Under the pieces are notes generated by a model that was given only the letters and a program-made list of their open reading frames with translations, made no database searches and was not told the origin of the DNA. 64,000 bases of DNA from Paecilomyces variotii (lineage: Eukaryota), in assembly GCA_004022145.1 (NCBI GenBank), contig RCNU01000010.1. One strand, written 5' to 3'. Positions 1 to 13,350 of the stretch are shown piece by piece (within the stretch, counting starts at the first letter, position 1; every line of letters begins with the position of its first letter). Position numbers and translations under genes: made by a program.

Positions 1-3000
1 CCGATAATCTAACACTGGAAATACAGACCGGTCAGGACTCTTGCTGGAAAACACACTTCTATCACAAGAACGCCTGTTTCTTGTAGAAAAGAGACGACGA
101 GACAACCCAGGATAGATATATGAACCCAACGCGTGGCAGCCAAGGCAAAGGAAAAGGAAACGAATATCAAAAAGGACCCAAGAGGAAGGCCGTTATGCAA
201 CGGCAGTATCCGAGATCAGAAGAATGATGCCGGTAGAGAGTCCTGAAGCCGACAGTGGGTGGACAAAGAAAAGAGGACTAGCGAGCGGAAATCTTATCCC
301 ACGGAGCGAGGCTCACGCCAGACAAGAACCCGGTCAACCTTCTTTTCAGTTGTTTAGCCTCCCTAGACCACGTCGAGCGGGGACGTGCCGGCTACGAGTC
401 GGGGGTTATTCTCAAGAGGCGGAGTGGAGCTGGACTGTGAGGGGAGTGAAACGGTTTTAAAGGGGATCAAGAGGCAGCAGACAAAATGCAGAGAGGGATG
501 AATGAGGCAATAAGTCGATTGGGGATGGAGAACAAGCGACGGGGGCAGGGAATCAGTGGCGGACTGCCCTGGCCAGACGCTTCTTTGCTCGCTATCTCTC
601 TGTCTGTCTGTCTGTCTGTCTCTGCGATTCTGGTGCTATCCTCTGTTTTCTCCTCCAATCGCCCGACAAGGCCAATATCGGAGATGACCCCCAAAAAGGA
701 CGGTGGTATAGGCGGGAAAGGATAACGAAGAGGGACGTGGAAAGAAGATGAAAAGAAAAGAGGCACAGTGGCCGGTGGAACGGTGGAGGGATCCCTTACT
801 ACAATCCTACGCCGCAAATGTCGGGTGCCGACCTGAGAGGTCGTTATTTTGCCCTTCTAGATTGGTCAAGTAACGATCACTTGAGTCGATGAGATGTTGG
901 TGATTGTCGAGCTCCCAACAGAGATGACCTTTTTTTTAAGATATCTCAGGATTCGCAGCTCCAATGCTCCAATGGAAGTTTCCGGAAGTTACCCGTATGG
1001 AGGAGAAACCACCACGGGTTCTTTAATGGGAGGCTACTTCCGGTTTCTGGCTCCGTCAGTGTCTCTGGTATATCCAAGACCTTTCAGATTGCAATCAGCT
1101 TTTCCATCAGCTCTCTGGATTGTCCCGTGAGGAAGCGATTAATATTGGTAGCAGGCGAGACGGAATAAATAAGAGATGAGATGAGCGAGAGTCGACGTCA
1201 ACAAATCACCGTTATCATTTGACAAGTCCAGAAAACGTCAAAGCCACGCGCATACAAGTCGTGCAAGATGTGGAGAAGCTCGTCAGGTAAAGATTGAGGG
1301 AGTTGGAGGGACAGGCACTGCTCGTTTTGCATACATGCCACGCTCGCAAAGAAAAAGAGACGCCGCTGGGTGGCGGAGTTCCCTACCGCTCTGGAGGATC
1401 TGCGTGGGCAAGCGACAGGAACGTTGCCTCGCCGAGCTATTGCCAGATGACAATTATGCGTGCTCGAATGGGGTACGCACCAGAGATCCGCAGCTGTTCG
1501 GTGGCCTCTCGTGTTTTTTTGCTTTCTCTGTTGCGTGGTCAAGCTAGCGGGACCGGGTCAATGCCCGGACGAGATTTTGGCGATATGGGGAAGGCCAGTG
1601 GTTGCGCCTAGGGATGAACGGCTGTGGCTGGAGCAGAGTAGCAACGGGGTCAAGACCAATGCACACCTCGTTCTCTTTTTTCCTTCAGAATGCCTAGAAT
1701 CTCCCAAGGGCTTTTGTCTTCCAGATTGCAATTGGCCGGGGACTCTACCGTTCGTGACCAGAAGACAGGAATTAATGGGTGGATAAGTTATCTGGGGCTA
1801 AAGAAGGAATGGAAAGAAGCAAAATTCGGTTCAGCCCCGTTGAAGATGAGCGACAAGACTCGAGGATTATTGGGTGATACCATGTAGCTTTGTTCTGGGG
1901 TGCATTGCGGATACGGTTGAGCAGTTCAATTTAAGCCCCCGTCTATAGGAGTATACCATACTCCCAGGAACGGAACGGGCCAGCCGAGAAGGCAAGAGAG
2001 AGACATGGGGGGAGGTGGCAAATGGGAACCATGCGTGGTAGAGTAGAGTACCAATGTATGTGGTGATGCGCTTACTCCATAAGAACCCTGCAAGTGGGAT
2101 CACCATGCACCTTTTTCTCTCTGTCTTCTCTTCCCCCTTTTGCCAGTCTGACGACACCGGTCTTTATCCCAAAGAAAAGGACCGATCTGAAGTTCGGTAG
2201 GATTTCACGATACAGAATTCGAGATTACTGTTCAGTGGCGGAGGAATTGATATCCAGCTGCCCCGTCGTACCATACATACTCGATTGGAAACTGCCCGGA
2301 AAACGAAACACACATGGCTTCGTTGGAAGCCTTCTCAGACAACAACATAATAGAGTGAGTTGAGTTGACTGAGTTGAGTGAGAGAGCGTGTGTGCGCGGC
2401 AGCGTTGAGTATCAGATCGCCCTTTTTGCCACAGCACAGCACAGCCTCGGCCTGAAACCGAAACCGCTGCATGCTGATGTCGTAGAGTAAGTAGGTACCA
2501 TACTCTAGTAGAGTAATAACGAGTAATATGGCTAAGCTAGCGGTGGGAGCGAAGCCCGGGCAGCAGAGTAGCGTTCGAGAAAATACCATTGGCGGCGTTC
2601 CGAGCCGCGGCGATAGATGATTGCATCGACCGTTTTCCAGGCTGATGGATGGATGGAGTTGGCTGGGTACATTCCCACTAGGCCGACGCTTAGTGACCCC
2701 CGGGATGCTGCGCCAAAACCGGTTTTACGGGAGAGAGAGGAGAGCGAGTGCGCGCAAGAAGAACACTGCTCGCTCGCTGTCATATTATGCTTTGGGTCTC
2801 CTTTTAAAGAGGCGGGGATTTCCCCGGTTGTCTGGCCTTCCTGCGTTCTTCCTCTTTCTCGTCCTGAAAATGGCCGTCAAGATGGCCTGGTCGCCATCAG
2901 CTCGACTTCCACCCACGCACCTCGTGCGCCCTCTCGTCCGGTAGCTTCTCCCCCGTCAGCAAAACCCCCCACCGCCAGAACGCCAGGAGAGAACGAGATG

Positions 3001-6000
3001 AGATGAGGTCGACCGCAAGAGAGCCTGATTGGCGGGATCGGCTGCCGGGCGCTTTCTCCTCCCTCGAGATATTCATAGTCGTATCCACTGGCCTGGGATG
3101 ATCGCGACAATCACTGGTTGACTGGTGGTGCCCCTCAAAAGAGCCGATGACCGGCGGTGGCAGATCTAGGGCCTCTAGTAGGGACCTCACGGTTTCATTT
3201 CATTTTCTCCCTAACCAGGTTTAGATACTATAGACTGCGGTAGATTACGAGCCTTGCCGAACCCGAAAGCTAGAGTACGACACTCATCCAAGAGAGAACG
3301 ATTGGTTTCAACTTACACTACAGTTCTAGACCCGTCTGGATGCTGTCCAGCACGTTTTTATCCCCTTTTTTCAATACTGTCGTGCTAAGGGAACCACGGA
3401 AACTAGTGGAGCGCAGCACTACTGCCTCGTACGGTTGTCTTCTAAGTTCTGAACGAGGGCTTTGTTTTAGAAGACTCAGCGGTTTCGGACGAGAGACTGG
3501 ATGATGAGCTAAGAGGCTCACTAGTCACTTTGGGTCGAAGAGGATCTTCTTGTTTCAATAATGGCGCGCCATGTGGAAAAAAGTAAAAACAAAATTAGTT
3601 AAATGAAAATAAAAATATGATACCTAGGTAGTTAACTAACTAGTTAACAGCCAGAACGGATGTGATTAGTCAGCAGACCTGAGGCAAACAGGTCATGACT
3701 AATCACTCAAAAAGTTTAGGAAATTCATCCTGTTATTATTATTATTGTTGTTATTATTATTATTATTACCATTACTTGTGGCAGAAAATGTAATAATAAT
3801 AGTTAGCTAGTTAGCTAACTAACTATATCCGATAGTCAGCAGACACTACTTGCATCTTCTCTGCATGGTCTTTGCGGATTTTTGATCGCCCGTCTGCCCC
3901 GCCTGGTCCACCAGCGGGCATCTAGTACCATAGTAGTATTCTTACAAAAGTCTACACATTCCGAAGTATTAATACTCTTACTATGTTACAGAGTAGAGAC
4001 TCCTAACTACAGTAGTAAGCTTGTATGCATCCTTGTATATACCAATCAATGAAAGCTCTCATCCCTGCGTCCCCTCGCCACGATCGTCTTGGCCCGTTAC
4101 GCGCTCGTTTGCGCGGAGACTCCAACCGGTGGCGCTGATTGCCCCGGTACGTATCTCGATCTCAGCCAAGTTCCGGGGACGGGAGAGACGATGGCAGCGG
4201 AGAGTTCTTGACGTCAAAGGGTCCAATAGGGCTGACCTTCCACTGGGTATCCCGCCGTTTCGATGAGGATCCCGCTTGGTGGTGATGCATCGAACTGTCA
4301 TGTCAACACGAGGGACCCTCAGCTATGAAAACAGCACTCTGTCTCTAGAGCAGTGATGGTGAACATCTGTGTGCATCTCCACTGATCACTCCCCTCAAGC
4401 CTTTCTGTTCACTGAAACGGAGTATGTACACCCCCGACTGGGCCCTGGGGACGTTCCAGATCTTCGTCTCAGCTTCATCCGAACTTCTATAGGGCTATTA
4501 TTATCAAAGTGCCACGGTCTCAATTTTGCGTCAATGACTCTGTACCATAAACTCGAGCCACTGTGTCCCGCATCACTAGAATGGGCGACTCAACCCGTCC
4601 AGACCGGCGGGAGCGCCAAAATTAGCCTGGGGCTGCCACGCCGTCGGGAGAAAACAACATAACAAGCATCAACAGGGACTACTCGAGATTTTCACTCGAT
4701 TCTCCAATCATATTATGCGGGCTGAGGATTTCCGCAGGGCCCTCTTAGCTTCTTCGTATTGTTCCCTCGGTCCAGACTCCGCTGTACCCGGACAGGGCAA
4801 CGTTGCCATCGCCGAACTGCTCAGGTTTCACGGGCAATTGACCTGGAGATAGGACCACCGGAGACCACTCACTTCTTTCTCCTAAGCCTCACTCTTCGAC
4901 CATGGAGGAACCCTCCGGGGCCAATTCCGCCCCACGATTTGACGGCATCGCAGTCCACAGCTATCTGCCGGACTGCCTGAGATGCCCAGAGCGGACGTGA
5001 TAGCCATCTGCAGTGTGGCGTGCACAGCAGCGAGCGCCACATGGGCCTACCGGTACGTTCCTTTGGATCGACGTCCTAAGTTTCAGAAAAGAATAGTCTA
5101 CCAGGGTCTCCGTGGACTCCGAGAGTATGGTATACTCTACTCCGTAGAGTCCTGCGCCTATTCTATCTTTGTTCGAGACCTTGTTCGACCTGTTCCACAG
5201 CCGCGGGTGCTGCTAGGCCATTAAACCCGGGTCTGATGGCTTTGACGTATCGCCACACGATCGATCGTAGGTGCTAACTACTATTCTTGGGTTCTTTAGA
5301 GCGCGTTGTAGACTCCCATTCATCTACGCCCGCTACTGCAAGCGGGTTCCTCTGAACGGCGATGCGGAGCTCGTCGATGCTAGAATAGGACGATACAGCC
5401 GATGGCCGGACTCAGCCCGGTGGCGAATATCGTGTCTCTGACTGGGAGAGACGAACTTTTCGAGGCTCGCGAAAAGCCGGCAAGTAAGTACGGTATAGAT
5501 AGAGACGATCACAGCCTTTCCGATGCCAGCCCAGGCGTCTCGTGACCGCGTCAGCTGATTGGCCGGAACGCAGCGGTTGAGCGTGGTGGCAAAACGACGT
5601 CGAGTCGATCTGCTCTGCTCATATCCCAGTCATGATGTGCATGCTTAATTCGACGAAAAAAGAACAAAAAGAACTCATTCCACGGAGTCTTCCTTCCGTT
5701 GCGTGCGAATGATCGTCGACACTTGCAGTCATCAGAGCGTCCCAATGCGTCCCCCCTTGCGTCCCTTGCGCCATGCCGCCCTCCGCCGGAGATCTCGAAC
5801 TCTCGTCTAGTCAGTTAAGTATGTACGTACTGTAGTTACTCTACTACGTACTGACGTCTGATTAAAGATTACGGAGTAAACAAAACGGATAGAATCCGGT
5901 TCTGTTTCGAAGATCCCGCGCTACAGTACTTAGCGTTGCGTCGCCACCCAGACCCTAGTAGATCTACGAGTACATCATCCATGAACTATGCTAAAAACTC

Positions 6001-7991
6001 GAGTAGATACCAGAACTCCATGCTCGTGCTTATGGTACATTGCATAGCAGCCTAGTTAGTTATAATTAGTTATCAGCACTCAATGCCATAATGAGTAATC
6101 AACGCTATCAAAACCGCCCGACGCGGTTCTCTAATAGACTCCGCTCCAATCGCCTTCCGCCATAGAAAGCGTACAGAGTAGTACATACATCGGATGCTAA
6201 ATCGGTTAGGCGGAATGAGCGGAACAAGAGCATTGTTCCTCGGGCTCCACCGCACTGCGCCATGCAATATACTCTGCACCATTGACCTGTCAAGGATTAG
6301 TCTAGTCTAGCATAGGAGAAAAAAGAAAGAAAAACCAATACATACCATACTCAACTATCAGACCCTAGTCAGCAAAAGTCGGGGAATATTCGGTAGGGCA
6401 CCTAGTTATTATTCTACGTATAGGTATACGTCTTAGCCGGTGGCCTAGTTAATTAGTTAGTCTGGTCAATTCGATATGAGTCAAAGTACCGTAGACCATG
6501 GTAGAGTATTATCTATCGTTAACTATGAGATACTCGAAAGCAGACATGGCATACTTGCGGAATTAGCAATTAATCAGTCTAGTATTTTTCTTTTCTAAAG
6601 GTATGAACTATGGAAGTCGATTTTTTTTCCCCCTGATTTAAGTAACCAGTATTATAGCCAGGAGTAGTAGAGTAGTAGTATACTTGAGTATGAGAATGGC
6701 AAGAAGAAAAGGAAAGGTAACTCGAGTCCTTTCCTTTTTTTTTCTTCTTGTTCTTTTCTTTTCTATAGTGTTTTAAAATTTAAAGAGTCCTGTTACAAGT
6801 TTGTTTGTGTACAAATGGCGATAATTTATTATATTGACACTATGTATTACAGTAATTAGTATGTACATCTGGTTACTTAATAGCCAAGTAGATATGTAGG
6901 AAATGAGACAATACATAAGATAGATATATTTACCAGATCCCCGTTCCACATCCTAAGGAAAGAATTAATTATATCCGTCCCTACTATAAAAGTTCACATA
7001 GGTATATTCTAGCATATACCTAATTAGGTAGCTGCCCCCCTCCGCCAGAGGATAGGGATTTAGCTTCCCTTCTACCTTCACTTCGTCAAAGACTCAATCT
7101 TCCCTATCACCCAGCATCTAACTAATTCTATCGAATCCCAACAAACAGAAGCCAAATAAACTATACTGAATTTTTATCTCTAGCAGATATCTAGTCGAAT
7201 ACGGTCCAATTAATTACTTTCTTGAATCTGAAATTACTAACAACTGCTGCATATAACAAGCAATATGAACAAATTAACTAAGTTAACTACCCTACCCTGC
7301 GCATCAGTTAGTTAGTTAGTTAGTCTTCGGGTACCGACGGTATGGTATAATTGAATGAGTTCTGCGCGTGGATAGTACCATATAGGTTTCATTCATGTTA
7401 TCTCGCTATTTATTTATTTTGACTGATTTATTCTCACTAAGTAAGCGTACCGATATCCCCGAAGAAAGTCAAAACAATAGCACTCGTTAGCGATCACCAT
7501 TGATTGCGCAATTAGCTGTACCCCAATCTGCAGCGATATGATCCTTTAAGAAAGCCATTTACAAGAAGAAAAGGAACTACCCTCTTCGAAGATGAGTATA
7601 ATGGACTATATTTTAAGTGAAACAGGCCAGTCAATTACACGCCTCCCCTTATTACCATATACATGAACTCGTCTCCATCGCGACCTTGAGACATCACGAT
7701 CAGAAAAGAAAACGGGATATTCCCATATTTAGTCGACACAGATAAGTGGGAAAGAAGTTGAAAAGGAAGCGGGGAGAAGTAAGAGGGAGGAAGAAAAAGA
7801 GAAAGTAGACTGGTAGGGAGACATGTCATAACACCCTATGAAGTGGGAAAAAGGTAAACACCAAGTAAAACGATATAGAGAAAAGAAAAGGGAATGCAAG
7901 TACAAGTAAAGACAATGAATTATGTCACAGAAGACACATTAAGTAGAAGTTAGGTATAATTACTTGCGCCGAGGCTACGCTGCCTGTGGCC

Positions 7992-10900
7992 TTAACGATC
8001 AACAGTAAGAGATGCGACCTTGCCCGCAAACCTGGCGCCTGCGCTGCCTCGCTTGTGCAACTTTTCGCGCTCCTTTCCGTCTAGCGGAGCTAGCGCCTGA
8101 GATGCTGAGTGATCCGACTGTTCGCTTACGGAACCTTTGCGAGTTAGAGGCAATGAACTCATCGTCTGGGCTCCGTCTTTGCCGTTCGGCGATACAGTTG
8201 GAGGCATGATGCTGGGCGCCCTAGCCGTCCTCTGGTTGAGATAGAGCTGGGCAGCAGGCGACAACAAGATGGGGGGAGGTGTAGAGGGCACCTCTGCTCC
8301 ATTTTGGACCAGAAGCTCGGCGATGGGGAAGGGAATCGCCTTTGGAGGTGCCTGCTTAGCCGATAAGGCGTTTGGGGTCGAGCCAGGAGCTGCAGGATCG
8401 GCTGCTGCCAATGCAAGAAAAACAGCGTGAGTGTTACGAGAGCGATCCGTCACATTGACATTCGCCCGCAGCGCGATGCCGTATAACACGCCCTGGATGT
8501 CATTCTTCTTGATTGACGCAAGCAGTGTTTCGTCAGGAGTGGCGTAGCGTGACTGGCCCGCAGTCAACGGCTGAACATAAGCCCTGTCACTGTATTTCGC
8601 AGTGATGAACTTCAGTCGCTGCTCACGAGTCGAGAGTGCCGTCGGCTTGGTAGATTGATCCAACGTCGCCTCCCACACCATGTTGCTCACACGGTTGCCG
8701 ATCTGAAGAAGTATCTCCACAATGTCGTTCGAGAATGAGTTGACATCCAGCGTAAGCGACCGAACCTTCGATATATGTGTACCGAGAGACCGGTGAATGC
8801 CGCTGCATTCGATACAAAGAATAATACCGAGATTGATAGAAACCCACTCTACCTTGGACGTTGAGCCACAATCCGCACACCAATTGTTACCTTGATCGGC
8901 TTCCTGAATGGTCTGCAGTAGCTTTGCTGGGTTCTCTTCATAGCTGTTGCTGTCACTGCGGATGTAGCTTGGTCGCGCCCCAACAGTGGTTCGGCGACCG
9001 ACCGAATTATTATTATTATGATGATTCGATGCGGAAGAATGAGAGTGCTGGCCAGAGAAAGAGGAACTCTTGCCGGTAAGCACAGAGCCTATATCGTGGC
9101 GGATAGAGGAGCTCTCTGATCTTGATGAGGGCGGCGCCGCTGGAGGTATGCCACGACCTTCGACTGCGCTTTGCAAAGCGTTATTAATCGCTGTAATCCA
9201 GTTGCTCATATCCTCTTCCGACGTCGCCTGGTATATGCGCTTGAAGTAAGGAGTGATGACTTCAAAGCAGAATCGGCGTTCTGCGTTTCGCGCCTCCCGC
9301 ACAGATGCCATGCGCAGATCTATAGGATCCATATGCAAGTCGAGCTTTTGTTTCCAATTACTATACTCGGAAAGCTTGCCCTGATCAAGGACAATCCAAA
9401 ACCTGGTCACGAGTCAGCCACTATCTTCATATCCAGCGGAAGGATTTCCTTACTTATGCCAAGCCTGTTTATTGATCCCCTTGGGATCGATATGTGACCC
9501 GGGCCGAGACAGTGCCCAGAGTAGCCCTTCTTTCCTTTGCGCGCCCCCACACTTGTCGGAACCTGCAACCACTGGCTCTTCCAAATCGCGGATGCCTTTG
9601 AATCGATTCTGGCCTGGTGATACTATTGAACCAACGGGTGAAGTTAAGGAGCTGCCGGACGGTGCTCCCAGATTCACGTTTTGCGCTGAGTTCGAGGAGT
9701 TGTTACTAGGAACATGCCGCAGTTGGGAGCCCGTACTATCTGCGCGACCAAGATCCGAATCCGAAACTTGGGCGCCGCTGCCATTGCCCGCTGCTGGAAC
9801 ACTTGCACCGGGATTGGAGAAACTGTCAGGCTCGACGTACATCTTTGTACTTTTCTCCAGAACTCTGCGTTTTTCCTCTCTCTCAGTTCTCTGGAACTGG
9901 AACTCTTTGTCCGCCTGATCGACTTCATGGATGAGAGCCTTCAACTGCGGGATCATTTCCTCGATCTTTTTGGCGGTTTCAAGGTAAGTCCTTGCCTGCG
10001 TGTCGGCATATTTTGTCAGATGGGAGAGCACCTCTTGCTCCTTTCTTCCTCCATGCAAATCTTGCATGAATGAAGAGTAGTCGAATCGCTTCAGCTCGAA
10101 ATTCCGACGTTTGATCTGATACTTTGAATCACTCTCCGCGCGTTTCTTCTCCTTCAAAGAATCCTGCCGTTGGCCGAGATATCGACCAACATACGCGTAG
10201 TAATCTCTACTCTCTTCCTCGAAATCCTTCTTCTTAGCCTCCGCTTGCTTGATATCGTAGTTGTAGAGCTTCGTCAGGGGGTCGATGATGAGTTTCTGTA
10301 GATTAACGGTGTTGGATTGCTCGTAGTGCAGGATTTCCTTGGCGATCTTCTCGAAATAATGCTCCAGGGCCGGCTGGATCGCATTCGCATTGGACGTCGA
10401 GGCATCGTTTAAAGCCGTAATAAATGCGCCTACGGCTTCGTTGCAAGAGACTTGTGCTTGCTGTGCCGCTTCGGCTTTCTTGAGTACTTTCTTGATCTTC
10501 TGCCGCATGCTGCCTGTTTTCTGTTCGAGAGCCTTCATCGTAGCTCTGAACAACGGGCCATCTTCAACTACACTCATGTCCTCTGCAGGGCGAGGGCAAG
10601 GAAGATCAACTTTCACAGGGGGTGGAGGGGGAGGAGCGGACATAGGAGGAGGGGGGACGCTCTCATTGGCGTCCGGAGGCGTGTTGGGAGGAGGTACACG
10701 AGATTGCGACCATCCACTATCGGGTTCACTGATCTGAGAGAAGATAGACTGTGAGGATGGCATACGATTTCGACCAGGGACGGTCAGTTCGAAATTGGGT
10801 GACGGTAACAGCGGGCTGGGCAGTGGACGTTGAACACTGTGGACCCAAAATGTGAAGTTCGCCAGCGTATTCAGACGATTCGCTCTCTGATCATATTCGA

Positions 10901-11648
10901 GAAAGCTGCAGCTGTTTCGCCAGCCACCACCTTTGTCTTCCGTTGTCTTCGGCGGCTTCCACTTCCACGACCATTCGAACTGCACCGACGGACTTCCCGC
11001 CGTCGAGAAGTCACCCACATGCTGGACGTTTGAATTATTCTGTAGGTTCGGGTTTGCGTGAAATTCCCTCGTAATCAGATTATCGAGTTCCTTCGAATTC
11101 GACGCATGCGCGAACGTGAGGCCCGTCAGCTGCGTGTCGACGGCTCCAGGCAACGAGGTAGAGACACCATTGACTGTAGCATTAGCCACCTGGCCCGTCT
11201 GCACCTGTCTCATCACAAAGGAGAATTGGAAGTTGAGCTCATCCTCGTTCGTCAGGCGCAGTAGAAAATGTGGCACTGGTGCTGCCGCGGGGGGCTCGGG
11301 GTCCTGAGAAAACGCGAAAAGTAGATCAGCCTCCGCGAGTCGCAATCAATTGTCAGTCTGGTCTGATGGATGCATTGCGCACCTGCACATATTCGATCGG
11401 ACTGTCGTCGCCCGCATCCCGCCTCGCGTTGTACCGTGCTGCGGGAAAAGAATTCGGCGCAATATGCAGCAAGACTCGACCACGGGAGTTCGTGATGGTG
11501 ACGCCTGAGATAGTAACTGTGGCCATATCAGCATCCACCGCACTTGAAGATCGACGACTGAGGGCATCATCGCGCTGCACTGACATTTGTTCTGATCTTT
11601 GAGGAATAGGTTCCCGGAATCGTCCAGACGACTCCCGACGTTCCCCAT
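7992..11648 (-). CDS. ACAP/centaurin-type ARF GTPase-activating protein (BAR-PH-ArfGAP; Csx2/Age1-like), ~1152 aa
   Basis: Exons 11648-11585, 11516-11383, 11303-9454, 9402-7992 (GT-AG, frame intact). N-terminal MGNVGS (possible myristoylation), BAR start DGPLFRATMKALE, PH (RKEGLLW...RRFCFEV...WITAIN), ArfGAP zinc finger CADC...WVSINLGIILCIECSGIHRSLGTHISKVRSL. Confidence 0.93.
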
Positions 11649-13350
11649 GTCTACAGCACGCAATCAGGTTTCAGATCAGCCGTTCGAAAGAGAGTCCGGA
11701 GTGCCGTTGGGAAATATAGAGGCCGTCATCGACGAGGAGCGATGGCAGCGTCCTATGCGAAGACAGCTCCGACTCGAGGCGCGGACGAACAGCGTGCGGC
11801 TGAGGCAACTGGCAGAGAGAGAGTCGACGATGATCGGTCATCCAGCCCGCGTTCCGGCGTGGACGAAGAAGAGAGGTGATCGCTCGGACGCTGTGCAACA
11901 GCAGCGTGCAGGAAGAGTCAACAAGCCAGATAGATAAATAAAAGATCTGTCTCACGACCCAGCAGGATCGAAGGAATCAGTCATCGCCGGGCGTTTTGGC
12001 TTGTGACGAGGAGAAGATCCAGTGGCAGTGGGGGGAAGCCTGAACCCTCGGACTAACAATTAATTAGCCTCTCAATGCGCAGATCTCAGCGCTTCGCATG
12101 TTGTCGAGGGGAAACTGATCTTGCGGGGTCTCAAGGCACAGAGGAACTGCCTATGATCTTCTCTCTCTTCCCCTTTGACCGCAGTAGCGCTGCGCTTAAT
12201 CCCTAACTAGAGTACCTGAACGCAGTCCCCGATCAAATTCATTATTGCAACATACTACATTTGGCATCGCTTGTCGGAACCACTGGTGAACAGCAACAGC
12301 AGCAGCAACAACAACAACAAAGCTATCTAGCCCAAACAAAAGAAAAGCCCCAGTGATGGGATCCGTCTATTCTATCAAAGCGCTTTCATATTGCTGCACC
12401 CATGGGACGCTGAGCTAGTATTCTTAGTACGTAGTGGATTTTCTTTCTCAGGTCCGTCCGCTGACATCTCCAATAATAAAAATAATAAATACAGAGTCAA
12501 AACCAGCCACCTCAAATAAACAAACCAATCACCACATCTTTCATCATTATTATTATTATCAGCATCTATCATAAATATAGAAACAGCACATCCCAGCCAC
12601 TTCACTACTTGGTACTCTTGTTTCAAGGCCATCGTCAGAAGGAATTCGTTGCGCATGCAACTAAAAAGAGTACGGCGCATAGTTGCACAGACAACCGCCT
12701 GACTTGTTCTGTTTTTAGCATCAGATACTAACATTGATTAAGTACCTAATCAATCGTCAACTAGCCAACCAGCAAATACTCTATATAACTAACTAGCTCA
12801 GTTCAGAGCTAGACAGGATGCATTCCGGTTTAGAATTATGCAGGGAAAGGAAAAGGGAAATGGGAATATAAGCGGCGAGAATAGAGCACTGGAATACCGA
12901 TTACGATATGCAGTGGTTCTACAAAATATCACGGCAGGTATTAATCAACTATTTAATGTCCTGGATGACTGTGAAAATTGCAATGCGTTTCTAGAACAGG
13001 CTTCTGAAAGAACAAAAAATTTGTCAAGGGGGTATAATCACACAAAGTAAATAAACAAACAGAGTCCGCTGGCATAGAGGCTCGCTCATCGAAGAAATTA
13101 GACATGGTTATACCAAACTAACGACAAGAACATGAATATCAGGGGATCGAAGCTTAAATAATGACAAGAATGAAAACCTCAGGCAGTATCGCTGTGCTGC
13201 AACGAGTAAGATCGAGGGGTATATGGGGGTATTAATAATTATGGCATGAGGAAATAGTTGAGAATGATAAGGCAGGTCCATCTGCATGATGGTGTTCCCT
13301 GCCGTTGTCCTGCGGTGCTGGTGAAGCCTCGATTCATCAGAAACAGAGCC

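Noticed and set aside
12375-12734. 119-aa ORF with a hydrophobic stretch
   Set aside because: Arises from AT-rich simple repeats between genes; no coding signature.
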